DNA from: Saccostrea cucullata
Lineage: Eukaryota
NCBI RefSeq assembly: GCF_032062105.1
Contig: NW_026931531.1
Location: 248,001 to 312,000, forward strand
Length of the DNA stretch: 64,000 nucleotides
Direction of reading: 5' to 3'
Within the stretch, counting starts at the first letter, position 1; each line of letters begins with the position of its first letter. The notes under the pieces are model-generated. The model made no database searches. It was not told the DNA's origin and was given only the letters and a program-made list of their open reading frames with translations. A program made the translations under genes and the position numbers. Below are positions 51,001 to 64,000 of this stretch, in pieces.

Positions 51001-54000
51001 ACCGATCTGTGTGTCTGTAAATCTCCCCTGTATGGACAGGATCAGCTCCAGTAGTACAGAGTCCAGGTCCTCCACACCCTCCAGGGACTCAGGGACAACC
51101 AGGACAATATCTACCGGGGTAGCACCGGGGTCAGAGGTCACTGTCAAATTGTAAATGAAAGACAGTCCAACCGCAGGGTACAAATACTAACTGACATAAA
51201 AATTAATAATACATGAAGATCATAACAATATACTTTGAATATGGGTTTTAATAAATTGCTGCCAAATATTGTCATCTATGACATTAATCAGCCAAAAAGT
51301 TAACCTGGGATAAAAATTTTAGATATATTGAACCTGTGTTCAAATTTATGTAGTACCGTATCAAAATGCTACACTTTACATAAATGTATTCAGTGACTTT
51401 CTAATTTCTGATATCTTAGTTTGTTAAAATTTTTGACAATATGATTTCAGTGCTTTGACACCAGATGACTTACTGGTGTGAGTATAGTTCTGGGTGACAT
51501 TCTGGATTTTCCCTTCTTGATGACAGTATTTGGGTCCACCGAGAGCGTAGGCTGGGAGGAATTGACTGAGTTTCTGTAATATGACTCCCCGGGGGTCCCT
51601 CCAGTCTGTCCCCTCCTCAGAGTCCGGATTTCCCAGCAGTCCCAGCGTCTCGTTACTGAACTCAGGCGACAGCTCCACACGGCATTCATTATGAGGAATA
51701 AAGAAGGTCAGGTTAATGCCATGAGTTGTTTTTATATTTATTGTGTGGTTGTTGGGTTTGCTTATTTGTGCGTCTTTCTGGGTAGATGGTAGTGTGCCAC
51801 TAGTGAGACAAAATACATACATGTACTTCATGATCAGACATAAAGGTGCATACCTAAACAATCTTTATTGAAATTTTTAAAAATGTTTTTAACCATGAAG
51901 ATTAAATTCAGTTTATTTTAAAAAGACATCTCTAGGATTGATAAATAATACAGTAGATTTCTTATTTTTCGTGAGTACTTTATATCATGAACTGGGTCTT
52001 TAATGTCAAATCGCGAGAATTATAATTCGCGAATGGACGATTGATCAACAGAATTTACATAGATTTCAGCACCATAAAAATAAAAGCGAGTAATATTTTT
52101 TTGCGAGTGATGCTTCTCGCGAAATTACGTGATAATCAATTCTTCGCATATAATTAGGAATCTACAGTATACAGACTGTTATAGAACATGCAGTTATAAA
52201 GCATTTAATCACAATCTTGCTAGATAATTTCAATATTGGTAGTAAAGAAGATATAAATTTATAAACTGTATGCAGATACTTAAAATTTATCTCTGTCTTA
52301 CACTGAAACATCACAATCTCCAAGGAATAATCTTCCATTGTTGTCCACGGTAACAAAACTGTCCACGGTAAACAGAGAAATTTCACTGACAGACATGACT
52401 ACTGCAAACCTTCCGCGGTGGAAATCAGCTACTAACAGGTGTTTACACTCTAGCTTGTTCTCTGAAAATAAATAAATGTAAAGTAGTCTTTAAGTTTGTC
52501 TGCAAATCGTGATTACTATTTACTGTGTCTACCAAACTCTCACATGCATATTCACTCCAATACATGCACATACTTTTATTCTTTTTAAATATCAGGCATA
52601 TTGTACAAATATATCATTACAAACTAGACCACATTTACATGTTTCCACAAATGAGACTGAATATAATTTTTAATTTGCTTGAGAATAAATACTGATATTT
52701 CAAGTCTGAGAAGTACCTGGAATTTGAAATGATTTCCCATCAAATGTTGTGATTTGTCTGAACCCCTGTATGATGGCTTTATGGTTTGAGGGCTGTGGAG
52801 GTTTCCTTCTCTTTAGTACAGATAAAACATCAGACAGGTACCTCTGACCAATGGTCTCCCTCCAATGCTATAAACATTCAAACAAATAATATGGTTATAA
52901 CAGCAGGAATAACAAAACTGGTCATCATATATTTAGTTTAAAGTTTAGACCAAGGATAAAGTTTTCATGACAGATTGACAGAATGTTAGATGAATGAGAT
53001 TTAATGTCCCCTCACTTTAATGGAAGCAGGAGACAAAAACACCTTTTAACTTACTAAAATTGTCTTCATCTTAAGTGGGAATGGCTGTACCCAGACTAGT
53101 TTGCCCTCCTTTAAGACCTCAAGGAATTTCCTGTTCAAGCTGTTTGTGGTCCCTAACAAAAGGCCAGGGGGGTTCTGGAGTGAATGTCCAATGATCTTTA
53201 GCAATTCAGCAATGTACACATCCAAGTGCCAAATAAATGCTGATCCTTAATTAAAAATAGGCACAATAAAATAGTTTATGAAGCAGTTTAATAAAAAAAC
53301 AGCTAGGGTATAAACCAAGGTGATAGATTTTCTCCAGTTTATTAATATACACTGTAGATTATGATGTTGATCAGTTTTGGTACACTCACATACAAAGTTG
53401 TCCTGTAATATTTATTGTACTTTACCTGTTTCATTCTCAAAAATCAGTTTAGACTCTAATATACGTCTAACTGGACTAATAAGGGGAACAGTTTGCAGAA
53501 ATGGCTCCAGGTGACTCTTGTAAAAAGTACTCACTGTCTATATAAAGAAACAAACATTCTTAAGTTGTAGTCTGTTACTAAATTCACAAGGAAAAAAGGT
53601 GAAATTTAGTCAGAAAAGTCCTTACCATGTTCAGAAAAGGGATTTCTTTATCTGGGAATGTCTTCCTAAGATTTGTCATCATTGTTTTGCTTGCTGAAAT
53701 GAGAGCCTGCCCCACAAAGTGTACAGATGTCTTGATGGCCCTCAGCTGATGGAGTAGGGTTGTTTTATCTGTGGGCCAGGACAGATTGTGTGTGATCTGA
53801 GTCGACCCAGTCACTTCACTCTCCATAGTCAGGACACGGCTCACATTGGACTGTATAAAATATAAAAACAATCTCGATAAAATCAAAGGTTCCAACAAGT
53901 ATCACAGTTTACTAAAACCCTAAATCCCCACTGAATACTGACCTATTCATTTACATAATGATACATCAAATCTGAAGTCTCATTAAACCATGGGAATAAA

Positions 54001-57000
54001 GGAGACTAATGCATATACACTTATACAGTGCTAATGCAATCAAATGAGAAGTGTCAATTAATTCAACATCTGATTTAATCATCATATAACAAAATTTTCT
54101 AACGGTAAACACATTTTATCATATCTTTAAATCAAAAAGAATTTATTTACCTGAACTTCTGAAGTCAGTGTTACATTAATATGTATGGGTGAGACAAACT
54201 GGACATCCACCACAAAGTTTTTGTTCCACTTGGAGAATTTACCCTGGATATCAAACTGTCCAACTTTCCAAGAATCAAACTTCCCAGCAATACCAAATGT
54301 CATATCCATCGGAATAAAAGAGATCTACAAAATAATTATCAATATGAATCCAGATTCCCACAATTTAATGTTGGGTACAAAAAAAAACTACCATTATAAT
54401 GCTTCTTTATAAAAATCTCTGTTCATTATAAATTCAACACTTTTATTTCCAACAAGATGTGTTTGTGAAACACTATGCGCCCAGCGGCAACAAAGTTAAA
54501 AAAAAAAATATTTTAAGCATATAGGTCACAGTCAAGGTCACAAGGTAATTGATCTTGGTATCATTTGAAAGAACTTGATCAGTGAAGTATGCACACTAAA
54601 TATGAAGTTTCTATCTCTTATAGTTAAAAAGTAATGGTGAAGGTTCAAAAAAACTATTTTTAGCATATAGGACACAATCAAGGTCACAAGGTCATTGACC
54701 TTGGTGTCATGTGAAAGGCTTAATTAGTGGTGTATGGATATGTCTCTATCTTTTATGGTTCAAAAGTTATGGCGAAGGTTAAAGTTCGCAGAAAAAATTA
54801 TTTTTAGCATAAAGGTAACAGTCAAGGTCACAAGGTCATTGAACTTGGTGTCATTTAAAAGAGCTTAATTATTCAATTATGCATACCAAATATGAAGTCT
54901 CTCTCATTCATGGTTCAAAAGTTATGGCGAAGGTTAAAGTTTGCAGACAAACAGACAAACAGATAAACAGACAAACAGAACAAAAACAATATACGCCTCG
55001 GATCTTTCGATCCGGGCGCATAAAAACCTTAATAATCATGCAATCTTTGAATGCTTCAACAAAATTGATTGAATCTGTGTCAGATTATATATTGTTATTA
55101 CATGTTGTATTAAGTTTCGGCTAATCTTACTTTCACCATTTTCTATGCACCTAACCTTATATTCAATATCCCAGCTCGGCTTACTGAGTTTACTAACCTG
55201 ATCTCTCCTCTCTATCATTATTTTCAATCTTTTCTGCTTACCTCACATTTAACGACTTCATCTCAGCTTTACCTTGTTATAAACTTTCTTTACTCAGTTT
55301 AACCCGCATTCCAAAGCTTCCCCCTTCTTACTTCACTATAAGCAATTCCTGCTCTACCTAGAGTCCTAGTTCTGCTTACCTTGCTTTGAATGGTTCCGCT
55401 GTGATTGAGGAATGCTTTGGAATGGTTTCCTTTGATTGTAATATTGTGTCTGGATGTCCAGTATGAGTTGGAGTATCCCAAGATAATATCCACAAGGTAT
55501 TCCTGCGATTGATCAGTTGAATTAAGAACTACAGTATCTGTAATAAGAAAAAAAAATCAATTACCATTAATGTATTCTAATACTGTGTATTATTTTATGC
55601 CCTTTTAATGAAAGACTATTTATATACATTATAAATGAAGGATTCAAACAAAAATACTTTGAAAATTCTATTTAATATACACTGAAGTTGTCTTGTTAGA
55701 AACATAGAGACAATGCCCCTACAGGGCAAGGAGAAATTATTCAATCAATTGACACATAATGTCAATAGTTGCTTAATAATGAACTATAAGTTGTCTAGAA
55801 CATGAATGATACTTTACTGTCTGTCTGATAGTCGAGGAGCTTCCATGGAGTAACTTGGTGGGCTCTGAATATCACTGTCACAGTCTCGTTTTTCTTCTTC
55901 TGATCTTGTAGCTTCCATTCTTGTTTTTTCAGTGAGATTTGATTGGACATGTTGAAATTCCAACTGGGTTGCACAGTATTTGTAATATTTAAGGAAGAAC
56001 TTAATTCACAATCTTCAAAATAAATCTGTTTGGCAAATAAGTTGATATCTGCAGTAACAGATGCATCTAAGTCCTCTCTGGAGACATCAAATTCCTTCTG
56101 TCTTCCATACAGTAAACTTGAGTTGAACCAATGCCTACAAATTTCAAAATTTTGTTAAAACTAAATCTATATATTTAGTAATTCTTTGAATTTGATCAAT
56201 ATTAACCATCTCAAAGATGAATTAAATATCAAATATCAGAGATATATCAAAGTAAGCTGACAGGCCTAACAGTTCAGTCAAACCTGGGTATCAGAGATAT
56301 CTCAAAGTAAACTGACAGACCTAACAGTACAGTCAAACCTGGGTATCAGAGATATCTCAAAGTAAACTGACAGACCTAACAGTACAGTCAAACCTGGGTA
56401 TTAGAGATATCTCAAAGTAAACTGACAGACCTAACAGTACAGTCAAACCTGGGTATTGGAGATATCACAAAGTAAATTGAAAGACCTAACAGTACAGTCA
56501 AACCTTGATATCAGATATCTCAAAGTAAACTGACAGACCTAACAGTACAGTCAAACCTTGGTATTAGAGATATCTCAAAGTAAACTGACAGACCTAACAG
56601 TACAGTCAAACCTGGGTATTAGAGATATCTCAAAGTAAACTGACAGACCTCAAAGTAAACTGAGTTTAACTGACAGACCTAACAGTACAGTCAAACCTGG
56701 GTATCAGAGATATCTCAAAGTAAACTGACAGACCCTAACAGTACAGTACAGTCAAACCTGGGTATCAGAGATATCTCAAAGTAAACTGACAGACCTAACA
56801 GTACAGTCAAACCTGGGTATTAGAGATATCTCAAAGTAAACTGACAGACCTAACAGTGCAGTCAAACCTGGGTATCAGAGATATCTCAAAGTAAACTGAC
56901 AGACCTAACAGTACAGTCAAACCTGGGTATCAGAGATATCTCAAAGTAAACTGACAGACCTAACAGTGCAGTCAAACCTGGGTATCAGAGATATCTCAAA

Positions 57001-60000
57001 GTAAACTGACAGACCTAACAGTACAGTCAAACCTGGGTATCAGAGATATCTCAAAGTAATCTGACAGACCTAACAGTACAGTCAAACCTGGGTATCAGAG
57101 ATATCTCAAAGTAAACTGACAGACCTAACAGTGCAGTCAAACCTGGGTATCAGAGATATCTCAAAGTAAACTGACAGACCTAACAGTACAGTCAAACCTG
57201 GGTATCAGAGCTATCTCAAAGTAAACTGACAGACCTAACAGTACAGTCAAACCTGGGTATCAGAGATATCTCAAAGTAAGCTGACAGACCTAACAGTACA
57301 CACAAATCTGGGTATCAGAGACATCTCACAGTAAGCTGACAGACCTAACAGTACAGTCAAACCTGGGTATCAGAGATATCTCAAAGTAAACTGACAGACC
57401 TAACAGTACAGTCAAACCTGGGTATCAGAGCTATCTCAATGTAAACTGACAGACCTAACAGTGCAGTCAAACCTGGGTATCAGAGATATCTCAAAGTAAA
57501 CTGACAGACCTAACAGTACAGTCAAACCTGGGTATCAGAGCTATCTCAATGTAAACTGACAGACCTAACAGTGCAGTCAAACCTGGGTATCAGAGCTATC
57601 TCAAAGTAAACTGACAGACCTAACAGTTCAGTCAAACCTGGGTATCAGAGATATCTCAAAGTAAACTGACAGACCTAACAGTACAGTCAAACCTTGATAT
57701 CAGAGATATCTCAAAGTAAACTGACAGACCTCACAGTGCAGTCAAACCTGAGTATTAGAGATATCTCAAAGTAAACTGACAGACCTAACAGTACAGTCAA
57801 ACCTTGGTATTAGAGATATCTCAAAGTAAACTGACAGACCTAACAGTACAGTCAAACCTGGGCATTAGAGATATCTCAAAGTAAACTGACAGACCTAAAA
57901 GTACAGTCAAACCTAGGTATCAGAGATATCTCAAAGTAAACTGACAGACCTAAGAGTGCAGTCAAACCTGGGTATTAGAGATATCTCAAAGTAAACTGAC
58001 AGACCTAACAGTACAGTCAAACCTTGGTATTAGAGATATCACAAAGTAAACTGACAGACCTAACAGTACAGTCAAACCTTGATATCAGATATCTCAAAGT
58101 AAACTGACAGAGCTAACAGTACAGTCAAACCTTGGTATTAGAGATATCTCAAAGTAAACTGACAGACCTAACAGTACAGTCAAACCTGGGTATTAGAGAT
58201 ATCTCAAAGTGAACTGACAGACCTAACAGTACAGTCAAACCTGGGTATTAGAGATATCTCAAAGTAAACTGAGTTTAACTGACAGACCTAACAGTACAGT
58301 CAAACCTTGATATCGGAGATATCTCAAAGTAAACTGACAGACCTAACAGTACAGTCAAACCTGGGTATCAGAGATATCTCAAAGTAAACTGACAGACCTA
58401 ACAGTACAGTCAAACCTGGGTATTAGAGATATCTCAAAGTGAACTGACAGACCTAACAGTACAGTCAAACCTGGGTATCAGAGATATCTCAAAGTAAACT
58501 GACAGACCTAACAGTACAGTCAAACCTGGGTATCAGAGATATCTCATAGTAAACTGACAGACCTTACAGTACACTCAAACCTTGATGTCAGAGATATCTC
58601 ACAGTAAGCTGACAGGCCTTACAGTACTGTCAAACCTTTGTATCTCAAACTCATGCAATGAGGAAAGGAAAAGCAAGGATATCTGGGGATTTGAGATAAT
58701 GAGGGTAAAGAATATAAAAACAGTGGTTGGAACTTTCAACTCATTTCGACATACTGGTAAGTAAGGTATTTGAGATATTAATGATTGACATAGAGAAATT
58801 CCACTGCAATTACCAAACAAAACAAGAGGCCCACAGGCCTTATAGGTCACCTGAGTATCATGTAACAACTTTCCAACAATTGAATTTGGTTCGTGTTTTA
58901 AACCAGAGGCTATGAAATTCACAATTTTGAAAGAGGCACCATTGCTTATCATAATTATACACTTAGCCTGCTTACTCTAGTTACTAAATACTAGTGTTGG
59001 CAAATCGGACGATTTTTAGTAACCGGTTACTCGCTTCATCTTCCGATCGAGTACCCGGTTACTCGGATGATTTTTGGTAAAAGTATCAATAACTATTATT
59101 TATCTATTATTTTATACTTATTGGTAGTAGTAATGCACAAACATATTGTATAGAGACGTTATACTTACAATACACACATACGATATCGTCAAAGATTTAC
59201 GATTTTAAAATAAAGAAAATTAATAGGGAATTCACACACAAAGACAAATAAATACGTCAACGTCAATCACCAGTTTACACTTTCTTTTTCACCCCCAGAA
59301 ATATATAGCAATCAAGGATAATAATTATTTACATACTCCATAATAAATAGTTAAATGTGGGATTTGAGATAAATCACTGGCTTAAAGAATATAAAAACAG
59401 GGATTGGAACTTTCAACTCAGCTGTTTTTCCTTTGTTACAACTCGACAAGCTTATTACTGGTAAGTCAAATGCGGTATTTGAGATATTAATATGTATACA
59501 TAGCAAGAAATATCAATTATGCAAGTTACTAATCAAAACAATTTGATTCACTACAACCATGCACTTATAGGTCTAACGGTATCATTAACAATCCAAGGGA
59601 AATTGAATTTGTTTACATTTATAAATTATAAAACATTTATATTCATGCGCTTACTATGAAATTTAATTTTGAGTAAGAGGCACCATTAACCGATATCATA
59701 ATTATACACTTAGCCTGCTTACTCTAGTGCCAACACTACTAAATACCAAGAGGTAGATCAGAGTAACAGAGAAAATGCAATTCCACTTTTTAACCAGTTA
59801 TGCATCCCATCCCAAAAGAAACCACTGACCCAGATGGGGCCAGATATTTCAAAATTTTGGAAATTTTATCATAAATTTTATTTCATCATAAATGGTTGAT
59901 TAATACCAAAGAGCAGATTTTAATGCATTAATTTATTTTCAGACTATGAACCCCCCCCCCCCATACCCCTGACCCAGGGGCATGAAATTAACCATTTTGA

Positions 60001-61208
60001 TAGATGCACCTTTCTTTGTCATAAATATATATACTTAGATCATTGGCATAATACCTAGGAGCAAAGGAAAAAGATTTTCAAAGAATTAATGTATTTTCGC
60101 TACATAATTAAAAGAGCCCCCCCCCCCCCCCACCAAAAGACAAAACCCCTAACCCAGGGGCCATGAAATTCATAATCTTGGAAGAGGCACTCTTGCTCAT
60201 CATAACTATCAGTATGCACTTAGTTTAATTAATACCCAGGAGCAGAGAAGAAGATTTTCAAATAATTAATGTATTTTCACTATATAATAGGGCTGGGGAA
60301 AAATATCGATATTTCGGTATATTGCAATACAATGACAAAAAATTTCGTATTGCAATAGGTTTTTGTAATATCGATATACAGGCAAAATACTTAGACTAAG
60401 GAATTTTATCATTAAATGTAAAAATAAATGGAAGAAAGGTTTGTTATGAAGACAAAAAGTACAACAGTAGCTGTTTTGTGGGTGTATTTTAGAGCATAAC
60501 TTAAAAAGAATTAACAAGATTTTTTTTTTCTTTTGGTTACTGATCATAGTTATGTACATTCTGCATATAAATGAAAGGTAAATTAATAAGAAAATGCCAT
60601 TTTATTTTCGTTGAAAATATTGCAATACATATCGCAATACAGTTTAAAATATCACAATATATGGCAATACAAAATCTTTGGCCATTACCCAGCCCTACTA
60701 TATAATCAATAGAGTCCTTCCCTAACACCGGAACCCCCGATCCTGGGGCCATAAAATTCAATATTTTGGAAGTGGCACTTTTGCTCATCATAACTATGTA
60801 CTTCGTTAGTTTATTTGATATCAGGAGCAGAGAAAAAGATTTTCATAAAAATAATGCATTTTCACTATATAATCTATATAGCCCAGCCCTAGCACTAGAA
60901 CCCTGACTCTGGGGCCATAAATTTCACAATTTTTATAGAGGACTCAATGCTCATTACATTCATGCAAACAGTTTGACAGCTTGATGTCCAGGAGTAAAGA
61001 AGATCTTTAAAGATTTCATTAATTTTGGTGGTTTTGGCCCCAACCTTCAGGCCCCAGGGGGCGGGGACAATAAAATTCATAATTTTTGTCCCCCTTCACC
61101 CATAGATGCTGTATACCAAATATGGTTGAAATTGGTTCAGTGGTTTCAGAGAAGAAGCTGAAAATGTTCAAATGTTAACACATGACAGACGAAGACGAAT
61201 GAAAATGG

Positions 61209-61245
<37 letters not shown>

Positions 61246-63697
61246 TAAAAAAAGGGAGGGAAATGGGAGAATTCCCCCTCTTCCACACTGAAATCAGTTT
61301 TTCAAATCTTTTTTCTGATAAAGTCCTACCTGCTGTTAAAAAAAGTGTTTCTGATCAGTTTTCCAATAGACCCATTACCAATCAAGTACACATAGTTGTC
61401 ACAGGAGGGGTACACAAAGATAAGTGTGTAGTCTAAGTTTGTTGCAGGGCCCTGTTGTAAAATCAGAGGAGTTCTCCTGGATGTCAGATTTGCCTTCATT
61501 CTCCACTTCTGTTTACGTAATATTCCAGACCATTCACACTCTGAGTATGGCCCATCACCATCTTGTCCATATGTGCTTGATTTTGATTTTAAATTCTATG
61601 AAAAGGAGTATATATACATGTAAATGAACAGTATATCCAAAATATTTTCATTATATTTATTAAAATATCTAAGAATAAAGTTAAAAATAAAACAATTTAA
61701 TGCTATTTCTTTCTAACTACATATATTACTTACAATACCACATATATCACTTATACAAGTATTATTGAGACACTATATTGTTTCTTTTATAACAAAAATT
61801 ATTATGGGTACAAGAAAATCTAATAAAATAAGGAATTTCTTATTTGATGTAAACATAGTATATTTACCTTGGAGTTGTGTAGGTCTGCAGAATTAAACAG
61901 TTTATAGAACACATCTATATCTGCTCCTATATTTTGAGACAGACTGATATGGCTTGAGACATTCACAATGTATCTGCCTTTCTGTTCCAGCAGTATGTTA
62001 CACTGATATCCAGAATTCTTTGCTTCATCAGGCTTTTCTATCTTGGCATTTATCATAAAATTAACCTATTCATAAAATAAAAAATTCGGGGATAATAGGA
62101 AACATATTTATGTTTTTCTTGTAAATAGCGAGGAAATTAAAAACAAAAAAGTGCATGTATACGAATCATGTTGAAAAATAAGTCCATTGGCCTGAAAATC
62201 ATTAGGCCAATCTTTATTTGTTATCTATTCTTATCTAGACTACCTATTTCTAAAACCTAAGAGCTCTAACGCATAATTACCTGGTCCGAATGAAAATATT
62301 TATATAATTCGTGGATTATTTTGCTTTCTTAAATATTTTCTTTTTAGTTTTTCTTCTTTCTGTAGACTTATCTGCTCAATGGATCAATGTTTGAAAAAAT
62401 TCATTATGCATTTTATCAGATTGTTAGACAATAAGAACTGAAGCAGCTACTGGAATCACAATGACACATGTACCTGTTGTTGATGCTGTCTGAGGAATGA
62501 GACATCTGCTGAAATATCAAAAAGTGTGTCATTGTTTTCTTCTCTGTATTCTACTTCAACTTCTTGACCTAAACATAAAAATATGAACCTGGTTGTCTTC
62601 ATATTTTTCAGATTTTGAAATATTAGTACAATGACATGTGACATAAGATATTTGTATTTAGTGATGACATAACTATATCACGATTTCTGGAAAAAAAAAG
62701 CTCTCATATGAAAAATATTTAAATTCCATCATTTTTTATATTAAGTGTGCTGAAGGTTTTGTCTAGGGATAACAGTATTAGTTACTTAGTAACAAGTTGT
62801 ATTTAACACATGAATGATTTAATAGTTAGTAACAAGTTGTGTTTTTGAATTTGTAACATGTTATGTTTGGAATAGCATTAGTTAGTAACAAGTTGTGTTT
62901 GTCTTGAGATGGAATAATATTAAAAGTTAGTAACAAGTTGTGTTTGTCTAGGGATGGAATAGCATTAGTAAGTAATGTCATATTTGTCTAGGGATGGAAT
63001 AGCATTAGTTAGTAACAAGTTGTTTCTGTTTAAGGATGGAATAGCATTAGTTAGTAACAAATTGTGTTTGTCTAGGGATGGAATAACATTAGTTAGTAAC
63101 AAGTTATGAGTACATGTACAAGAACTAAATGTCAACTAAATGGATTACCTGGATATCCTAAGTGAATAGTGTAATTTCTTATTGAAGTTTCATTTTTATT
63201 GAAATCACTTAATTCCATTTCAATAAATACATCAGTTCTGTCTAGATTCTTTGATGCATATTTTGTGTTGAAGTGCAGTGGATATAGGGAGGGCCAAGCC
63301 TTAGTGCTGAAGCAGAAAAGTATTATAGTCTCAAAAATAAATGAAAAAGAGTCAAATTTCTACAAAATTTCTCATCAAAACTGTTGTCTAATCCAGCGAT
63401 TTTCTATAGAACCAGGTGTTCAAATTAAACAAGTTTTACTGTAATATAATTTAATTGTAGGTTTTAAGTTGCAGTGGACTTTAAGAAAAATTACCAAATT
63501 GTATTGTAAAGATCAAAGAAGGTATCCACATTAAATCCTACTCACCAGAACAGTTTTCTCTGTAGCTTCCTGTATATATGATCATGATTGTATCTTATTT
63601 TATCCCAGATGAAGTTGACTTCAAACTCCGGAGCACTTATTTCAATAGAGCTGTTTCTGGTCAATGTTCCTCCTACATCACTACCGGTAAATGTTTC
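48081..63697 (-). CDS. 3' part of a large lipid-transfer-like protein (apolipophorin/vitellogenin-like) with a VWD domain and a C-terminal VWA-like region; the 5' end lies beyond the window
   Basis: Exons 63697-63546, 63306-63149, 62568-62474, 62065-61868, 61595-61330, 56134-55818, 55537-55380, 54324-54151, 53850-53626, 53537-53426, 53245-53055, 52867-52717, 52461-52302, 51799-51474, 51140-50960, 50173-50017, 49512-49336 and 48221-48081 join in frame. VWD motifs QITTFDGKSF, CKHLLVADF and TLGLLGNPD. Beta-rich upstream region and VDIVLVVPES VWA-like strand. The family assignment comes from domain order only. Confidence 0.75.
48600..49140. mobile_element. Repeat element ending in a long palindrome (possibly Crypton-like, non-autonomous)
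   Basis: Near-perfect ~60-bp inverted arms at 48994-49055 and 49068-49130 with CACTCGTG motifs. Direct repeat GATATCCTGTCACAGTGTGA at the other end. The superfamily is uncertain. Confidence 0.45.
49826..50050 (-). repeat. Degenerate 43-49-bp array of an exon end plus donor in the VWD gene (5 copies)
   Basis: The functional GTCCTACTGCTGCTCTCTCCAGAAATG|GTAAAT (donor 50016) is followed by progressively diverged copies with GT at 49967, 49924, 49881 and 49834. Confidence 0.8.
51951..52167. mobile_element. Tc1/mariner-type MITE
   Basis: TIRs CAGTAGATTTCTTA / TAGGAATCTACAG with TA TSD and TCGCGA-rich subterminal motifs. Confidence 0.65.
54450..55026 (-). mobile_element. HINE-like element with internal ~145-bp tandem units
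   Basis: AACAAGATGTGTTTGTGAAACAC end, three AGGTCACAGTCAAGGTCACAAGGTCATTGACCTTGG units, ACAGAC microsatellite and terminal hairpin CGGATCTTTCGATCCG. Confidence 0.7.
56230..58645. repeat. 55-bp minisatellite (~43 copies), intronic
   Basis: Unit CAGTCAAACCTGGGTATCAGAGATATCTCAAAGTAAACTGACAGACCTAACAGTA, highly homogeneous. Confidence 0.95.
58992..59738. mobile_element. hAT-type non-autonomous element
   Basis: TIRs TAGTGTTGGCA / TGCCAACACTA with 8-bp TSD CTAAATAC at 58984-58991 and 59739-59746. Confidence 0.8.
60288..60697. mobile_element. hAT-type MITE
   Basis: TIRs TAGGGCTGGG / CCCAGCCCTA with 8-bp TSD CTATATAA and ATTGCAATAC subrepeats. Confidence 0.85.
62760..63108. repeat. ~42-bp intronic tandem repeat (~8 copies)
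   Basis: Unit GTCTAGGGATGGAATAGCATTAGTTAGTAACAAGTTGTGTTT. Confidence 0.85.
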
Positions 63698-63782
63698 CTG
63701 TATTTGAAAAAAAAAAGAAAAAAGTTCAGGCCATTCGTTTCTCAAGTGCTGAGCATGCCTGAATAAATACAAAGTGTGATAT

Positions 63783-64000
63783 TTGATTGATTGATTGTTT
63801 GTTGTTTAACATCCCTCTCAAGAATTTTTCACTCATATGGAGAAGCCACCATTTGCAAGTGGAGAGATACAAATTTCGTCGTATACTTGGCACTCGGGGC
63901 TATTGAGCAGTGATGATCTTTTTTTGTGCCAGCACCTACTGCAACACAGGACCTTGGTTTTATACGGTCTCATCGAAGGACAGTCTCCATGCCCCTCATT
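63783..64000 (-). mobile_element. SINE (3' tail and body), truncated by the window edge
   Basis: (TTGA)n tail. Body GAGCAGTGA..TTTTTTGTGCCAGCACCTACTGC.ACAC.GG.CCT.GGTTT.TACGGTCTCATC matches 21812-21890. Confidence 0.7.

Larger units (their letters stand above)
58819..61246 (-). mobile_element. HINE-like element hosting two nested hAT-type insertions
   Basis: Ends AACAAGAGGCCCACAGGCCTTATAGGTCACCTGAG and AGGTCACCTGAGTGACTCAGGTGACCTAA. Internal satellite-like units (CCAGGGGCCATGAAATT..CAGGAGCAGAGAAGAAGATTTT). Confidence 0.7.

Noticed and set aside
56230-58645. Junction-derived array of the exon at 56134
   Set aside because: The unit has no similarity to the acceptor or exon and stops ~100 bp from it.

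Overview
AT-rich, intron-rich animal DNA, most likely a bivalve mollusc of the oyster type. This is inferred from the Helentron/HINE-like repeats, tRNA-derived SINEs and gene content. Six spliced genes were reconstructed by hand from GT/GC-AG boundaries and reading-frame continuity: (1) RTCA, RNA 3'-phosphate cyclase (+, 261-5982); (2) an unrecognised 245-aa secreted protein with alternating basic and acidic blocks (+, 10585-12086); (3) a periostin/TGFBI-like EMI + 4xFAS1 protein (+, 13853-24971); (4) an SDS22-type LRR protein (-, 39785-35817), which also has a second, paralogous pair of 3' exons at 34927-34844 and 26503-26450; (5) a GCKR/MurQ-like protein (+, 40895-46607); (6) the 3' part of an apolipophorin/vitellogenin-like VWD protein (-, >63697-48081). 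The most striking pattern is that five of the six genes carry tandem arrays built from copies of their own exon-intron junction or stop region. The ~8 kb, 30-bp satellite at 26.8-34.8 kb appears to be an extreme case: a ~270-copy expansion of the LRR gene's exon-end/5' splice site, with the donor GT changed to AT in the homogenised core. The GCKR-like protein keeps the bacterial MurQ catalytic motif DASECPPTYG. Many non-autonomous transposons are present (IS3EU-like, mariner, hAT, HINE, SINE and Penelope-like fragments).
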